Notes: generated by a model from the letters alone, not told the origin. A DNA stretch of 61,781 nucleotides from Caldimonas sp. (GCF_046289365.1 NZ_JBKBVU010000001.1:1-61781); one strand, 5' to 3'; positions 9,194-19,938 are shown, numbered from the stretch's first letter. Program-made: numbers and translations.

Positions 9194-9991
9194 ATGGGCA
9201 TCGACAGCAAACCCTGCGTCGTGATGCAGGCCAAGGGCTTGGTCAAGCGCTACGGTCAGGTCACGGCCTTGGATGGAGCGGACTTCGAGTTGCGAGCGGG
9301 CGAGATCCTGGCCGTCATCGGCGACAACGGTGCGGGCAAGTCCTCGCTCATCAAGTGCCTGTCGGGGGCCGTCCAGCCCGATGAAGGGGACATCCACCTC
9401 GACGGACGACGGGTGCACTTTCGCAGCCCCATCGATGCGCGTCGCGCCGGCATCGAGACCGTTTACCAGGACCTGGCCGTGGCGCCGGCAATGACGATTG
9501 CCGAAAACCTTTTCCTCGGCCGCGAGATCCGCCGCCAAGGCCTATGGGGCCGGGTGTTCCAGGCGATCGACAAGAAAAAGATGCTCGAAGAAAGCATCGC
9601 CCGCATGAACGAGCTGAAGGTGGGCATCCGTTCCATGACGCAGGCCTTGGAGACCTTGTCGGGCGGGCAGCGCCAGTGCGTGGCGGTGGCTCGAGCGGCC
9701 ACCTTTGCGCAGCATGTGGTCATCATGGACGAGCCCACCGCCGCCCTCGGTGTCAAGGAAGGCAATATGGTGCTCGAGCTGATCCGCCGCGTGCGCGATC
9801 GGGGCCTGTCGGTGGTGCTGATCAGCCACAACATGCCGCATGTGTTCGAGATTGCCGACCGCATCCACATTGCCCGTTTGGGCAAACGCGCGGCGGTGGT
9901 GAACCCGAAAACCATCAGCATGAGCGATACCGTGGCCGTGATGACCGGTGCCATGCCCCCCGAGGCCATCCCGGCCGAGTGCCTGGCCTGA
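9194..9991 (+). CDS. frcA: Fructose ABC transporter ATP-binding protein
   Basis: GDNGAGKS, LSGGQRQ, MDEPTAALG; single ATPase domain. Confidence 0.87.
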   Translation: MGIDSKPCVVMQAKGLVKRYGQVTALDGADFELRAGEILAVIGDNGAGKSSLIKCLSGAVQPDEGDIHLDGRRVHFRSPIDARRAGIETVYQDLAVAPAMTIAENLFLGREIRRQGLWGRVFQAIDKKKMLEESIARMNELKVGIRSMTQALETLSGGQRQCVAVARAATFAQHVVIMDEPTAALGVKEGNMVLELIRRVRDRGLSVVLISHNMPHVFEIADRIHIARLGKRAAVVNPKTISMSDTVAVMTGAMPPEAIPAECLA

Positions 9992-10147
9992 GGCCGCGAC
10001 ATGCTCGACGTCGATCCGCGGCTCGGCCCCAAGCGGCTCCAGGTGCCGGCCGAACGGGGGCACGACGACGTGCTGATGTCAGCCAGCGCCCTCTTGCGGC
10101 CCTGATCCGCGCGGCCGTTATCGTCATTGCGTGCACATTGACTTGCC

Positions 10148-11389
10148 GTGAACCCTTCCAACGATCCATCCCCCCGCCTGGCCGAGATCGCCGGACAACC
10201 CTTGCGCCCCCGCGGATCGAACCAGGTCGGCCTGAGGCAGTTCAACGAGCGCGTGGTGCTGCAAGCGCTGCGCACGCATGGTCGCCTGGCCAAAGCCGAT
10301 TTGGCCCGGATCACCGGGCTGACGGCACAGACCATCGGCTTGATCATCGCCCGTTTGGACGAAGACGATCTGCTCACCCGCGGCGCGCCTGTGCGGGGCA
10401 AGGTGGGGCAGCCTTCGGTGCCCATTGGCTTGAACCCGGATGGCGCCTTCGCCATTGGCATCAAGATTGCACGGCGCAGTGCCGACTGGCTCTTGGTGGA
10501 TTTCACCGGACGGGTGCGCGAGCGCATCAGCGAGACCTACGCATTTCCCGATGCGAGCACCCTGTTGCCCACCATCCGGACCCATCTCGAAGAGTTGTTG
10601 CGTCGGCTCGGGCCGCTGGCCTCGCGGGTGGTGGGGGTGGGCGTGGCCGCGCCATTCCAGCTCGGGGGCTGGCACCGCATGTTGGGTCTGACCCGCGCGC
10701 AGTCCGACGCATGGAACCAGCTCGACCTGGCCGCCGAAGTGCAGCGCATGACGTCCTTGCCGGTCAGTTTTGCCAGGGACACGGTCGCGGCTTGCGTGGC
10801 TGAACTGCTGCAAGGCAAGGGCCGCGACATCCATAGTTTTCTCTATCTGTTTCTGGATACCTTCATCGGCGGTGGGCTGGTGCTGCATTCGCGCTTGCAT
10901 CGCGGCGAGCATGGCAATGCCGGCGCCGTGGCCTCGCTGCCGCTGGGCGTGGCCGAGCGCGGTGCTGGCGAGGTGCCGCCGCAGTTGCTCAGTCGCGCCT
11001 CGCTGTGGGACCTCGAGCAGCGTTTGCGCGAACACGGGCTCGACCCCATGGCCGCCTATGACGATCGCGCGCTGCAAGAACCGTGGTGGCCCCACGCGCG
11101 GCAATGGGTCGACGACGCGGCACGGGCCTTGGCGCACTGCGTGGTGTCCGGCGCAGCCTTTCTGGATTTACCGGCCGTGGTGATCGATGGCGCGGTCGCT
11201 CCGGCCTTGTTGTCTGAGCTGATCGGCTGCACCGGGCAGGCGCTGGCCGCCTACAACTGGGAGGGCTTGCAAACTCCGCCGCGGCTGATGCCTGGCAGCA
11301 TCGGATCGGATGCGCGTGCCTTGGGCGGGGCCTTGTTGCCGCTGCACGCCACCTTCGCCCCGGATTGGGATGTGTTTCTGAAGGCTTGA
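10148..11389 (+). CDS. frcR: ROK-family transcriptional repressor (FrcR-like)
   Basis: N-terminal HTH (KADLARITGLTAQT), GKVGQPS, ROK domain (FIGGGLVL...GNAG). Confidence 0.8.
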   Translation: MNPSNDPSPRLAEIAGQPLRPRGSNQVGLRQFNERVVLQALRTHGRLAKADLARITGLTAQTIGLIIARLDEDDLLTRGAPVRGKVGQPSVPIGLNPDGAFAIGIKIARRSADWLLVDFTGRVRERISETYAFPDASTLLPTIRTHLEELLRRLGPLASRVVGVGVAAPFQLGGWHRMLGLTRAQSDAWNQLDLAAEVQRMTSLPVSFARDTVAACVAELLQGKGRDIHSFLYLFLDTFIGGGLVLHSRLHRGEHGNAGAVASLPLGVAERGAGEVPPQLLSRASLWDLEQRLREHGLDPMAAYDDRALQEPWWPHARQWVDDAARALAHCVVSGAAFLDLPAVVIDGAVAPALLSELIGCTGQALAAYNWEGLQTPPRLMPGSIGSDARALGGALLPLHATFAPDWDVFLKA

Positions 11390-11468
11390 TCCAGGCGCTC
11401 GGCTCACCCAGACCGGATTTCGCGCGAAGGCGCGGATCTGCGCTTCGTCAGGGCAGGGCGATTCGGTC

Positions 11469-11496
11469 AAAAAAGAGGCCCGCCGTGCGGCGGGCC
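11469..11496 (-). terminator. Intrinsic terminator of the carboxylesterase gene
   Basis: AAAAAA-ga-GGCCCGCCG-tg-CGGCGGGCC on +, which is a GC hairpin followed by a U-run on -. Confidence 0.7.
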
Positions 11497-11529
11497 CAAT
11501 CCCCGTTCCCTGAGGTTTTTGAGAGTGGT

Positions 11530-13188
11530 TCAGTCGTCGTTCAGGCTCGACCAGACGGTGTCGCACTGGTGCTCGGCGGCAAAGTGGGGGCGCGGGGCGA
11601 TGCCTTCTCCCGAGGCGATGTCCAAGCCCAGGTAAGTGGGCGAGGCCGTTTGGAACGCTGGCCACGCCGGCAAACCGGGGGCGTCAGGGCGGCCCTCACG
11701 TGCAAAGCGAGCGAAATAGCGCACCAGGGCTTGCTTCAAAGCGGTTTGCTGGGCATCGAGCGGGCGCGGCATGTCGAACAAGTACTGCAGTTCGGCCGAA
11801 TGGGCTGCGCCCTGCGCAAAGCTCACTGCCGGCAGGACTTCAGGCGCACTGCGGTCGCGGAACTCATAGGCATAGACCACGTGGCCTTGGCTGGCCAGGC
11901 GGCGAGACAGGTTCAAGCCGTTGCAGGCAAACACGAGGTCCGTGCCCACGGCAGAGTAGGCCAAGCTGGCGTTGTTGTCGTACAAGGCCGGGTGATAGCT
12001 GGTGGCCGCCAAAGCGTCGGCCACCGCCGCCGGCAGCCCCAGTCCCTGGAGGGCCGCGGGCAGCGTTTCGGCGCTGAGCGGTGCTGCGCCGGCCAACTCG
12101 TTCAAGGCCGCGAACAGGCGGTATTCATCGCGGGTCGTGCCTTGCAGCACCGCAACGGCGTGCTGTGTGCCAGCCCAGATCTTGCTGCGCACCGAGGCGT
12201 CGAGCACCCGTCCGTCCACGCTGGGCACAGGGCCGCGCGGGTAGGCCACCATCTGCGCGCCGAGCAGCGCCTGCACCGGCAGGCTGCGCAGGCATTCGAC
12301 GGTTTGGGTGTCGCAAGCCGCTCCCCCTGCGCCCGTAACCAAACCCATCGCCGCCTGCGCTACGGTGTGCCCTTTGCCTTCCGAAAGGCTCAGCGTGTCT
12401 TGCAGATCCAGGCCATAGGCGCCGCTCATCACGATGGCTTTGTGGAACAGCCCGGCCGATGCGCTTGCAGCCAGGTGCGACAGCACGCTGAAGCCACCGG
12501 CCGATTCGCCGAAGAGCGTGACGTTGCGAGGATCGCCCCCGAAGGCGGCGATGTTGTCGCGCACCCAGCGCAAGGCGGCTTGCTGGTCCATCAGTCCGTA
12601 ATTGCCGGAGTGTCCGCCTTGCTCGGCGCTCAGGGCCGGGTGGGCCATGAAGCCCAAGGCGCCCAGGCGGTAGTTCAAGGTCACCACGACCACCCCTTGC
12701 GTGACCAGGCTGGACACATCGGGATAGCCGGCACTGCTGCCGAGGTAGAACGCCCCGCCATGGATCCACACCATCACCGGATGGGGGCCCGGGGTGGTCG
12801 GACGAAAGACGTTGAGCGTCAGGCAATCCTCGTTCAGGGTTTGGCTGCTCGTGCCGAAGGCGCTGGCCGGCTGGGCGCACGCGGGGCCGAAGCTCGTGGC
12901 TTGGCGCTCTTCGGTCCAGGGCGCCGGCGTCTGGGGTGGCCTCCAGCGCAAAGGCCCCACCGGCGGGGCGGCGTAAGGAATGCCCTTGAACTGCACCACG
13001 GTGCCTTGATCATTGGTGTGGCCGCGCACGGAGCCCGAGCTCGTTAGGGCGCGTGTGAGGTCCGGCGGCGGCGTGCGGTCGCCACCTCCGCAGGCGCTCA
13101 GCGCAAGCGCCAGTGCCAGCGCAGCCCAACGCGGCGCGCGGTGGCTTTGCGGGGCGAAAAGGCGGTGCAAGAATGTTTGCGGATTCAT
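11530..13188 (-). CDS. Type-B carboxylesterase, predicted lipoprotein
   Basis: [25 protein letters not shown] oxyanion hole, GESAG nucleophile, AAHSAEL His; lipobox LSAC. Confidence 0.9.
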   Translation of the reverse strand: MNPQTFLHRLFAPQSHRAPRWAALALALALSACGGGDRTPPPDLTRALTSSGSVRGHTNDQGTVVQFKGIPYAAPPVGPLRWRPPQTPAPWTEERQATSFGPACAQPASAFGTSSQTLNEDCLTLNVFRPTTPGPHPVMVWIHGGAFYLGSSAGYPDVSSLVTQGVVVVTLNYRLGALGFMAHPALSAEQGGHSGNYGLMDQQAALRWVRDNIAAFGGDPRNVTLFGESAGGFSVLSHLAASASAGLFHKAIVMSGAYGLDLQDTLSLSEGKGHTVAQAAMGLVTGAGGAACDTQTVECLRSLPVQALLGAQMVAYPRGPVPSVDGRVLDASVRSKIWAGTQHAVAVLQGTTRDEYRLFAALNELAGAAPLSAETLPAALQGLGLPAAVADALAATSYHPALYDNNASLAYSAVGTDLVFACNGLNLSRRLASQGHVVYAYEFRDRSAPEVLPAVSFAQGAAHSAELQYLFDMPRPLDAQQTALKQALVRYFARFAREGRPDAPGLPAWPAFQTASPTYLGLDIASGEGIAPRPHFAAEHQCDTVWSSLNDD

Positions 13189-13329
13189 CGTCGTGCAGTC
13201 GGCATCGGCTTTTGCGGCATGATTCCACCGCCTGCTTGGCGCGAGGTGTCACCTGCGCGGCGGGGGGAACCCGCACAAGCACCGTCACCCGCGCGACAGT
13301 GGAGGCCTGCCGCCTGCGAGACCCTGACC

Positions 13330-14373
13330 ATGCCAACGAACACGACCCTGCCCCCCGATGCACTGGCCCAGTTGCTGCGCACGATGCCCAAGGCCGAGCT
13401 GCACATTCACATTGAAGGCTCGCTGGAGCCCGAACTCATCTTCGAACTGGCCCGGCGCAACGGCGTCGCGCTGGCCTACCCCGACGTCGAGAGCCTGCGA
13501 CGCGCCTATGCCTTCACCGACCTGCAGAGCTTCCTCGACATCTATTACGCCGGGGCGAGCGTGCTGCTGAAGGAGGACGACTTCTTCGACATGGCCATGG
13601 CCTATTTCCGCCGGGCTGTCGCTGACGGCATCGTGCATGCCGAGGTGTTCTTCGACCCGCAGACCCACACCGCACGCGGCGTGTCCTTCGAGACGGTGAT
13701 CCGCGGGCTCACGCGGGCTCGCGAGACGGCGCAGCAGGAGCTGGGCCTGAGCAGCGCGTTCATCCTGTGCTTCTTGCGGCATCTCAGCGAGGAGGCCGCT
13801 TTCGAGACGCTCGAAGAGGCGCTGCCGTGGCGAGAGCATTTCATCGGTGTGGGGCTGGACAGCAGCGAACGCGGCCATCCGCCCGAGAAGTTCGCCCGGG
13901 TGTTCGCGCGCTGCCGCGAGCTGGGTCTGCGTCTCGTGGCGCATGCGGGTGAGGAGGGGCCCGCAGCCTATGTGCGCAGTGCGCTGGACGTGCTGAAGGT
14001 CGAGCGTATCGACCATGGCGTGCGGGCCCTGGAGGATGCCGAGCTGGTCCGGCGCCTGGCGCGCGAGCGGGTGCCGCTGACGGTGTGCCCGCTGTCCAAC
14101 GTCAAGCTGCGTGTCTTTGACCGGCTGTCCGATCACAATCTGGGACAATTGCTGGCTTCGGGGCTGGTGGCCACCGTCAATTCCGACGATCCGGCCTACT
14201 TCGGCGGCTACCTGCACCAGAACTTCGTCGAGACCTTTGCCGCGCTGCCCGCGCTGCAGGTGCGTGAGGCCTACACCCTGGCACGTAACAGCCTCGAGGC
14301 AAGCTTCGCCGAGGCCTCGGCCAAGGCGTGCTGGGTCGACCGGCTCGACGCCCATTTCGAGCGCTTTCACTGA
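13330..14373 (+). CDS. add: Adenine/adenosine deaminase
   Basis: [34 protein letters not shown] and [10 protein letters not shown] motifs. Confidence 0.9.
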   Translation: MPTNTTLPPDALAQLLRTMPKAELHIHIEGSLEPELIFELARRNGVALAYPDVESLRRAYAFTDLQSFLDIYYAGASVLLKEDDFFDMAMAYFRRAVADGIVHAEVFFDPQTHTARGVSFETVIRGLTRARETAQQELGLSSAFILCFLRHLSEEAAFETLEEALPWREHFIGVGLDSSERGHPPEKFARVFARCRELGLRLVAHAGEEGPAAYVRSALDVLKVERIDHGVRALEDAELVRRLARERVPLTVCPLSNVKLRVFDRLSDHNLGQLLASGLVATVNSDDPAYFGGYLHQNFVETFAALPALQVREAYTLARNSLEASFAEASAKACWVDRLDAHFERFH

Positions 14374-14435
14374 ACGCGTGTCCTCCGCGCCCCAGGGGGC
14401 CACGCGCCTGCTTCGGGGCCATGTAGAGGAACACC

Positions 14436-15545
14436 ATGTACAAAAACCTCAGGCGTGCGGCCGTAGCTGCCGTCTCAGCACTCGTCTTTGCCAGCGGCTC
14501 GTCGGCCCAGACCCCAGCATCCCACCCGTTGCCGCCCGCGCCCGCGCCGTTGAAGGTGGGTTTCGTCTTTGTCAGCCCGGTGGGCGAGGCGGGCTGGACC
14601 TACCAGCACAACCAGGGACGGCTCGAACTCGAGAAGAAGCTCGGCTCCAAGGTGCAGACCACCTTCGTCGAGAACGTGGCGGAGGGGGCCGACTCCGAGC
14701 GCGTGATGCGCGATCTGGCGGCCCAGGGTCACCGCCTCATCATCGCCACCAGCTTCGGCTACCTGGAGCCGGCGCTGAAGGTCGCCTCTGAGTTTCCGCA
14801 GGTGGCCTTCGAGCATGCGGGCGGCTACAAGACCGCGGCCAATCTCAACACCTACAACGCCCGCTACTACGAGGGCCGCTATCTGGCCGGTCTGATCGCC
14901 GGACGCATGACGCGCAGCGGCACGGCCGGCTATGTGGCAGGCTTTCCGGTGCCCGAGGTGGTGCAGGGGATCAATGCCTTTGCCCGCGGTCTGCGCGAGG
15001 CCAACCCGCAGGCTCAGTTGCGCGTGATCTGGCTCAACGCCTGGTTCGACCCCGCGCGTGAGCGTGAGGCGGCCCTGACACTGATCCGTCAGGGCGCCGA
15101 CGTGCTCACCAACCACAGCGGTTCGACCGCGGTGGCCCAGACGGCCGAGGCCGAGGGGCGCTGGTTCATCGGCTACCAAAGCGACATGCGCCGTTTCGCG
15201 CCCAAGCGCCAACTCACAGCGGTGACGCACCATTGGGGCGGCTACTACACCCGCGTGGCCCAGGCCTTGCTCGAAGGCCGCTGGACGGCCACGCCGGCCT
15301 GGGGGGGGCTGAAGGACGGGTTCATCGACCTGGCCCCGCTGCACCCGGATATCCCGGCCGAGGTGGTGAAGCTCGTGCGCGAGCGCCGGCTGGCCATCGA
15401 GCAAGGCCGCTTCCATCCCTTCGCCGGGCGCATCGTGGACAACCAGGGCCGAGTGCGCCACGAGGGCGGCCCGATGGACGACCGCCGCATTGCGGCGATG
15501 GACTACTACGTCGAAGGCGTGCTGGGGCAGTTGCCCGGGCGCTGA
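14436..15545 (+). CDS. BMP-family (purine/nucleoside) ABC substrate-binding protein
   Basis: GWTYQHNQGR, ATSFGY, RYYEGRYLAG, WFDP; signal peptide; GAGG RBS. Confidence 0.87.
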   Translation: MYKNLRRAAVAAVSALVFASGSSAQTPASHPLPPAPAPLKVGFVFVSPVGEAGWTYQHNQGRLELEKKLGSKVQTTFVENVAEGADSERVMRDLAAQGHRLIIATSFGYLEPALKVASEFPQVAFEHAGGYKTAANLNTYNARYYEGRYLAGLIAGRMTRSGTAGYVAGFPVPEVVQGINAFARGLREANPQAQLRVIWLNAWFDPAREREAALTLIRQGADVLTNHSGSTAVAQTAEAEGRWFIGYQSDMRRFAPKRQLTAVTHHWGGYYTRVAQALLEGRWTATPAWGGLKDGFIDLAPLHPDIPAEVVKLVRERRLAIEQGRFHPFAGRIVDNQGRVRHEGGPMDDRRIAAMDYYVEGVLGQLPGR

Positions 15546-16388
15546 TCAGCCGGCCAGGGCCTGTGCGAGCCGGGCTGCCTGTGCCCCGAAGGCATAGGCA
15601 TCCATGCCCAGGCATCCATAGGTCACACCGGCGTGCACACGCACCGGCACGGCCTGGGGGCCGCCAGCCCCGGCCGGGATGTAGAAGGGCAGCCAGTGCT
15701 CGTCGGTGGGGTGCATGAGGGCGGCATGCGGGGCCTGCCGCCGGTAGTCCATCAGGGCCGGCCAGTCGCGCGCCAGACTGCGTTCCCACACCCACTGGCG
15801 GAAGGCGGCGCACTCGGGTGTCTCGGGCCGGTTCTCGGAGCGGCCGCCGCCGAGCGCCAGCCGCAGGTTGTGTGTGAGGCTGCCGGTGCCCAGGATCAGC
15901 ACGCCTTCCTGGGCCAGGGGGGCCAGGGCCTGCCCGGTCGCCCAATGCTCGGCCGGCGCCGCCGAAGGCACCAGCGACAGCGGCACGATCGGGATGTCGG
16001 CCTTCGGCCAGGCGTGGATCAACGGCGTCCAGATGCCATGATCGAGCCCGCCTGCGGCAAGCACGTGGTGTGCGATGCCGGCCCGGCTCAGGCAGGCGGA
16101 CGCGGCCTCCGCCACGGCGGGATCGCCCGGGGCGTCGTAGCGCATCTCGTAAAGCGCCTGGGGGAAGCCCCCGAAATCGTGGATGGTGGAGTGCTGCGCG
16201 GCCGCCAGCAGTGCCGGCTCGAGCGTGGTGGTGTGCGCCGAGACGGCGACGATGGCACGCGGCCGGCCGAAGGCCTGCTCCAGGGCCGGCCCCAGGCGCC
16301 GGAAGAAGGCGCCGGTGTCGCCCGGATCCAGCGCGATCAGCGGCGAGCCGTGGGACAGGAACAGCGGGGGCAGGGCGGACCTCGTCAT
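15546..16388 (-). CDS. DODA-type extradiol ring-cleavage dioxygenase (YgiD/LigB family)
   Basis: LFLSHGSP, SAH, HDFGGFP, GLDHG, GSLTHNL and HPTDEHWLP motifs. Confidence 0.88.
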   Translation of the reverse strand: MTRSALPPLFLSHGSPLIALDPGDTGAFFRRLGPALEQAFGRPRAIVAVSAHTTTLEPALLAAAQHSTIHDFGGFPQALYEMRYDAPGDPAVAEAASACLSRAGIAHHVLAAGGLDHGIWTPLIHAWPKADIPIVPLSLVPSAAPAEHWATGQALAPLAQEGVLILGTGSLTHNLRLALGGGRSENRPETPECAAFRQWVWERSLARDWPALMDYRRQAPHAALMHPTDEHWLPFYIPAGAGGPQAVPVRVHAGVTYGCLGMDAYAFGAQAARLAQALAG

Positions 16389-16553
16389 ACCGGCAGTGGA
16401 CCACGATGCCGAAGGCCTGGGGTTGCGCCGGCTTGACGTCAGCATTCAGAACCGTTCACGCCACCAGGGCCCACCGCGGTAGCGGAAAACCCCCAGGGCG
16501 GTGCCCGGGGCCGGGCTCGGCTATCGTTGCCGTTCTCAAGCTCGCCATCTCCT

Positions 16554-19082
16554 ATGCTGCAGCACATCATCCCCCTTGCCGTGCGCCAGACCCTGCGCGA
16601 CTTTCGCGCGGGCGAGTTGCGACTGCTGGTCGTGGCCGTGATGCTGGCCGTGGCGGCGCTTTCCGCGGTGGGTTTTTTCGCCGACCGGCTCAAGAACGGC
16701 CTGAACCGCGATGCGGCCCAGCTCCTGGGGGGTGATGCCCTCGTGGCCAGTGACCAGCCCACGCCCGAGGCCTTCGTCGAGCGGGCCCGCTTGCAAGGCT
16801 TGTTGCAGGCGCGCACCGTGGCCTTTCCTAGCATGGCGCGCGCGCCGCAGGCCCAAGGCGGGGCCACCCGGCTGGTGGCGGTGAAGGCGGTGAGCGAGGG
16901 CTACCCGCTGCGTGGCCGCTTGCGCGTGGCCCCGGCGCCCGGCCAAGCCGACGCCCCGGCCGAGGGCGTGCCCGAGCGCGGCAGCGTGTGGGTCGATGCG
17001 GCCTTGCTCGAGGCCTTGCAACTGGCCGTGGGCGACACCTTGCTGCTGGGCGATGCGGCCTTGCGCATCGAACGCGTGATCACGCTCGAACCTGATCGCG
17101 GCGCCGGCTTCATGGCTTTTGCGCCGCGTGTGATGCTTCACGAGGCCGACCTGGCCGCCACCGCCCTGATCCAGCCTGCCAGCCGGGTCACCTACCGCCT
17201 GGCCGTGGCCGCACCGCCGGGGCGCGACGCCGAGATCGGCCGCTATCTCGCCTGGGCGCAGGCCCATATCGACGAGGCGGGCCTGCGCGGCGTGCGCCTG
17301 GAGTCGCTGGACAACGGCCGTCCCGAGATGCGCCAGACGCTGGACCGGGCCGAGCGTTTCCTGAACCTGGTCGCGCTGCTGGCCGCCCTGCTGGCAGCGG
17401 TGGCCGTGGGCATCGCGGCGCGCGACTTCGCCTCGCGCCACCTCGACGACTGCGCGATGCTGCGGGTACTGGGCCTGCCGCAGCGCACCATCGCCTGGAG
17501 CTATGCCCTGGAGTTCACCTTCGTGGGCTTGCTGGCCAGCGCCCTCGGTGTGTCGGTGGGCTATGCCGTGCACCACGTCTTCGTGGCCCTGCTGGCCGGC
17601 CTGGTCGAGACCACCTTGCCGGCACCCGGCGCCTGGCCGGCCGTCTTCGGCCTGGGGGTGGGCCTGACCCTGCTGTTTGGCTTCGGCCTGCCGCCGGTGC
17701 TGCAATTGGCCCAGGTGCCGGCGGTGCGTGTCATCCGCCGCGAGATGGGCGAACTGCGGCCGGCCTCCCTGGGGGTGCTGGCCGCCGGCACCCTGGGCTT
17801 TGCCGCTTTGCTGGTGGCCGCATCCAGCGACCTGCGCCTGGGTCTGATCGCCGTTGGAGGCTTTGCCGCTGCGATCGCCCTGTTCGCGCTGGCGGGCTGG
17901 GTGGCGGTGCAGGTGCTGCGCCGCACCGTCGTGGAGCTGCACGTGCCGCGCTGGCTGCGCCTGGCCACGCGCCAGGTGGCCGCCCGCCCGGGCTTTGCGG
18001 TGCTGCAGGTCTCCGCCCTGGCTGTGGGCCTGCTGGCCCTGGTGTTGCTGGTGCTGCTGCGCACCGACCTGATCGCCAGTTGGCGCCAGGCCACGCCGCC
18101 CGATGCGCCCGACCGCTTCGTGATCAACATCCAGCCCGAGCAGGCGCCAACCTTCCGTGAACGGCTCACGCAGGCCGGCGTGAAGGACTTCGACTGGTAC
18201 CCGATGATTCGGGGCCGGCTTGTCAGCGTGAACGGCCGGCCGGTGAACCCCGAGGCCTACACCGAGGAGCGCGCGCGCCGCCTGGTCGACCGCGAATTCA
18301 ACCTCAGCCATGCTGCGACGATGCCGGTGCACAACGCACTGGCCGCTGGCCGCTGGACGCCCGAGGCGGCCGACGAGATCAGCCTGGAGGAGGGTATTGC
18401 CCGGACCCTGGGTCTGAGCCTGGGCGACGTCCTGGTCTTCGATATCGCCGGCATGCCGGTGCAGGCCCGCATCACCAGCCTGCGCCGGGTGGACTGGGCC
18501 TCCATGCGGGTCAACTTCTTCGCGATGTTTCCACGCAGCCGCATGGACGAGCTGCCCTCGACCTACATCGCCGCGTTCCGCGCGCCGCCGCAGGCGGGGT
18601 TCGACAACGCGCTGATCCGGGAATTTCCAAACATCACCAATGTGGATGTCTCGGCCTCGATCGCCCAGGTGCAGCGAGTGCTCGACCAGGTCATCCGCGC
18701 GGTGGAGTTCCTGTTTGGCTTCACGCTGGCTGCCGGGGTGGTGGTGCTGTTCGCGGCGGTGACAGCCACCCGCGAAGCGCGTGAGCGCGAGTTTGCGGTG
18801 ATGCGCGCGATGGGGGCGGGCAGCCGCCTGCTGTCGCGAGTGCAGCGCGCCGAGCTGCTGGGTGTGGGGGCTTTGGCCGGTGCCTTGGCCGCAGGGGCGG
18901 CCATTGCCGTGGGCTGGGCGCTGGCCCGCTATGCCTTCGAGTTTCATTGTGGGCCTTCGCCCTGGGTGCCGCTGGCGGGCATGGGGGCGGGGGCGGGGCT
19001 GGCGTGGGCCGCCGGCTGGTGGGGCCTGCGCGAGGTGCTGCGCCGGCCGGTGGTGGAAACGCTGCGCAAGGCGGCGCTGTAG
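16554..19082 (+). CDS. ybbP: FtsX/YbbP-type ABC transporter permease
   Basis: RDFRAGELR N-terminus, YPLRG, TLEPDRG, FVINIQP, REFNLS, RRVDWASMRVNFF; two FtsX-like TM blocks. Confidence 0.82.
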   Translation: MLQHIIPLAVRQTLRDFRAGELRLLVVAVMLAVAALSAVGFFADRLKNGLNRDAAQLLGGDALVASDQPTPEAFVERARLQGLLQARTVAFPSMARAPQAQGGATRLVAVKAVSEGYPLRGRLRVAPAPGQADAPAEGVPERGSVWVDAALLEALQLAVGDTLLLGDAALRIERVITLEPDRGAGFMAFAPRVMLHEADLAATALIQPASRVTYRLAVAAPPGRDAEIGRYLAWAQAHIDEAGLRGVRLESLDNGRPEMRQTLDRAERFLNLVALLAALLAAVAVGIAARDFASRHLDDCAMLRVLGLPQRTIAWSYALEFTFVGLLASALGVSVGYAVHHVFVALLAGLVETTLPAPGAWPAVFGLGVGLTLLFGFGLPPVLQLAQVPAVRVIRREMGELRPASLGVLAAGTLGFAALLVAASSDLRLGLIAVGGFAAAIALFALAGWVAVQVLRRTVVELHVPRWLRLATRQVAARPGFAVLQVSALAVGLLALVLLVLLRTDLIASWRQATPPDAPDRFVINIQPEQAPTFRERLTQAGVKDFDWYPMIRGRLVSVNGRPVNPEAYTEERARRLVDREFNLSHAATMPVHNALAAGRWTPEAADEISLEEGIARTLGLSLGDVLVFDIAGMPVQARITSLRRVDWASMRVNFFAMFPRSRMDELPSTYIAAFRAPPQAGFDNALIREFPNITNVDVSASIAQVQRVLDQVIRAVEFLFGFTLAAGVVVLFAAVTATREAREREFAVMRAMGAGSRLLSRVQRAELLGVGALAGALAAGAAIAVGWALARYAFEFHCGPSPWVPLAGMGAGAGLAWAAGWWGLREVLRRPVVETLRKAAL

Positions 19083-19202
19083 AGCTCAAGTCCGGCACTG
19101 GGGCGCCGAAATGGGGGTGAATCGGCATCCAATTCCCACGGCCGGGCCCTCAGGGCTCGCTGCTAGACTGGATGCCACCGCCGCGCCGAAGCCAACCACC
19201 CC

Positions 19203-19934
19203 GTGCAAACCGCCGCCCCGACCGACGCCGTGCGCCTGACTGAGCTGAAGCTCGAGCAGGCGCTGAGCCTTCTTCAGCAGGCCGGTTACCCCTTGCCCTC
19301 GCTGGTCGAGGCGCCCGCGACGACCGCACTGCAGGCCATCATCGACGGCCTGTGCGATCTGTCGCTGCGTGATGCCCTCACCGGTCTGGCCAACCGCCGC
19401 CACTTCCGGGCGGTGCTCGAGCGGGAAATCGATCGCGTGGCGCGGACCGGCGAATCAGCCCTGCTGCTGGTGGTCGATATCGACCACTTCAAGCACGTCA
19501 ACGACACCCATGGCCATGCGGCCGGAGACCTGGTCATCCAGGCCGTCGGCCAACGCCTGGCCGAGTGCGTGCGCCCGATGGACACGGTGGCGCGATTCGG
19601 CGGCGAGGAGTTCGCGATGGTGCTGCCCAATTGCCACCCGGCCTATGGCGAGGCTGTGGCCGAGCGCATCCGCCGCACGATCGAAGGCCGCGCGATCCGC
19701 CTGCCGTCAGGGCAGGACATCCATGTCACCGTCAGCATCGGCGGGGCTTTCGCGCCCCAATGGGTGCGCTCGTCGGCGGCCCTGTGGACCGAACGTGCCG
19801 ATCTGCAGCTCTACTGCGCGAAGACCGAGGGGCGTAACCGCGTCTGCCTCGAGCAATCGGTGGTCAGCAGCGTCAGCAACGAGGAGAAGTCCCTGCTCTT
19901 CGGCGTGACAGCCTGGGACGACAGCCTTGAATAA
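19203..19934 (+). CDS. Small cytoplasmic diguanylate cyclase (GGDEF)
   Basis: DALTGLANRR, DIDHFKHVNDTHGH, ARFGGEEF active site with RPMD I-site, AKTEGRNRV. Confidence 0.9.
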   Translation: MQTAAPTDAVRLTELKLEQALSLLQQAGYPLPSLVEAPATTALQAIIDGLCDLSLRDALTGLANRRHFRAVLEREIDRVARTGESALLLVVDIDHFKHVNDTHGHAAGDLVIQAVGQRLAECVRPMDTVARFGGEEFAMVLPNCHPAYGEAVAERIRRTIEGRAIRLPSGQDIHVTVSIGGAFAPQWVRSSAALWTERADLQLYCAKTEGRNRVCLEQSVVSSVSNEEKSLLFGVTAWDDSLE

Positions 19935-19938
19935 GCCC

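Noticed and set aside
13189-13329. Purine or xanthine riboswitch upstream of the deaminase
   Set aside because: Only generic GC hairpins; I could not match a known aptamer consensus. An Infernal search would settle it.
16536-18947. 803-aa minus-strand ORF; similar long ORFs at 57979-60420, 53574-55391, 42661-44730 and 11365-13047
   Set aside because: Each lies opposite a motif-supported gene and has no recognisable domain.
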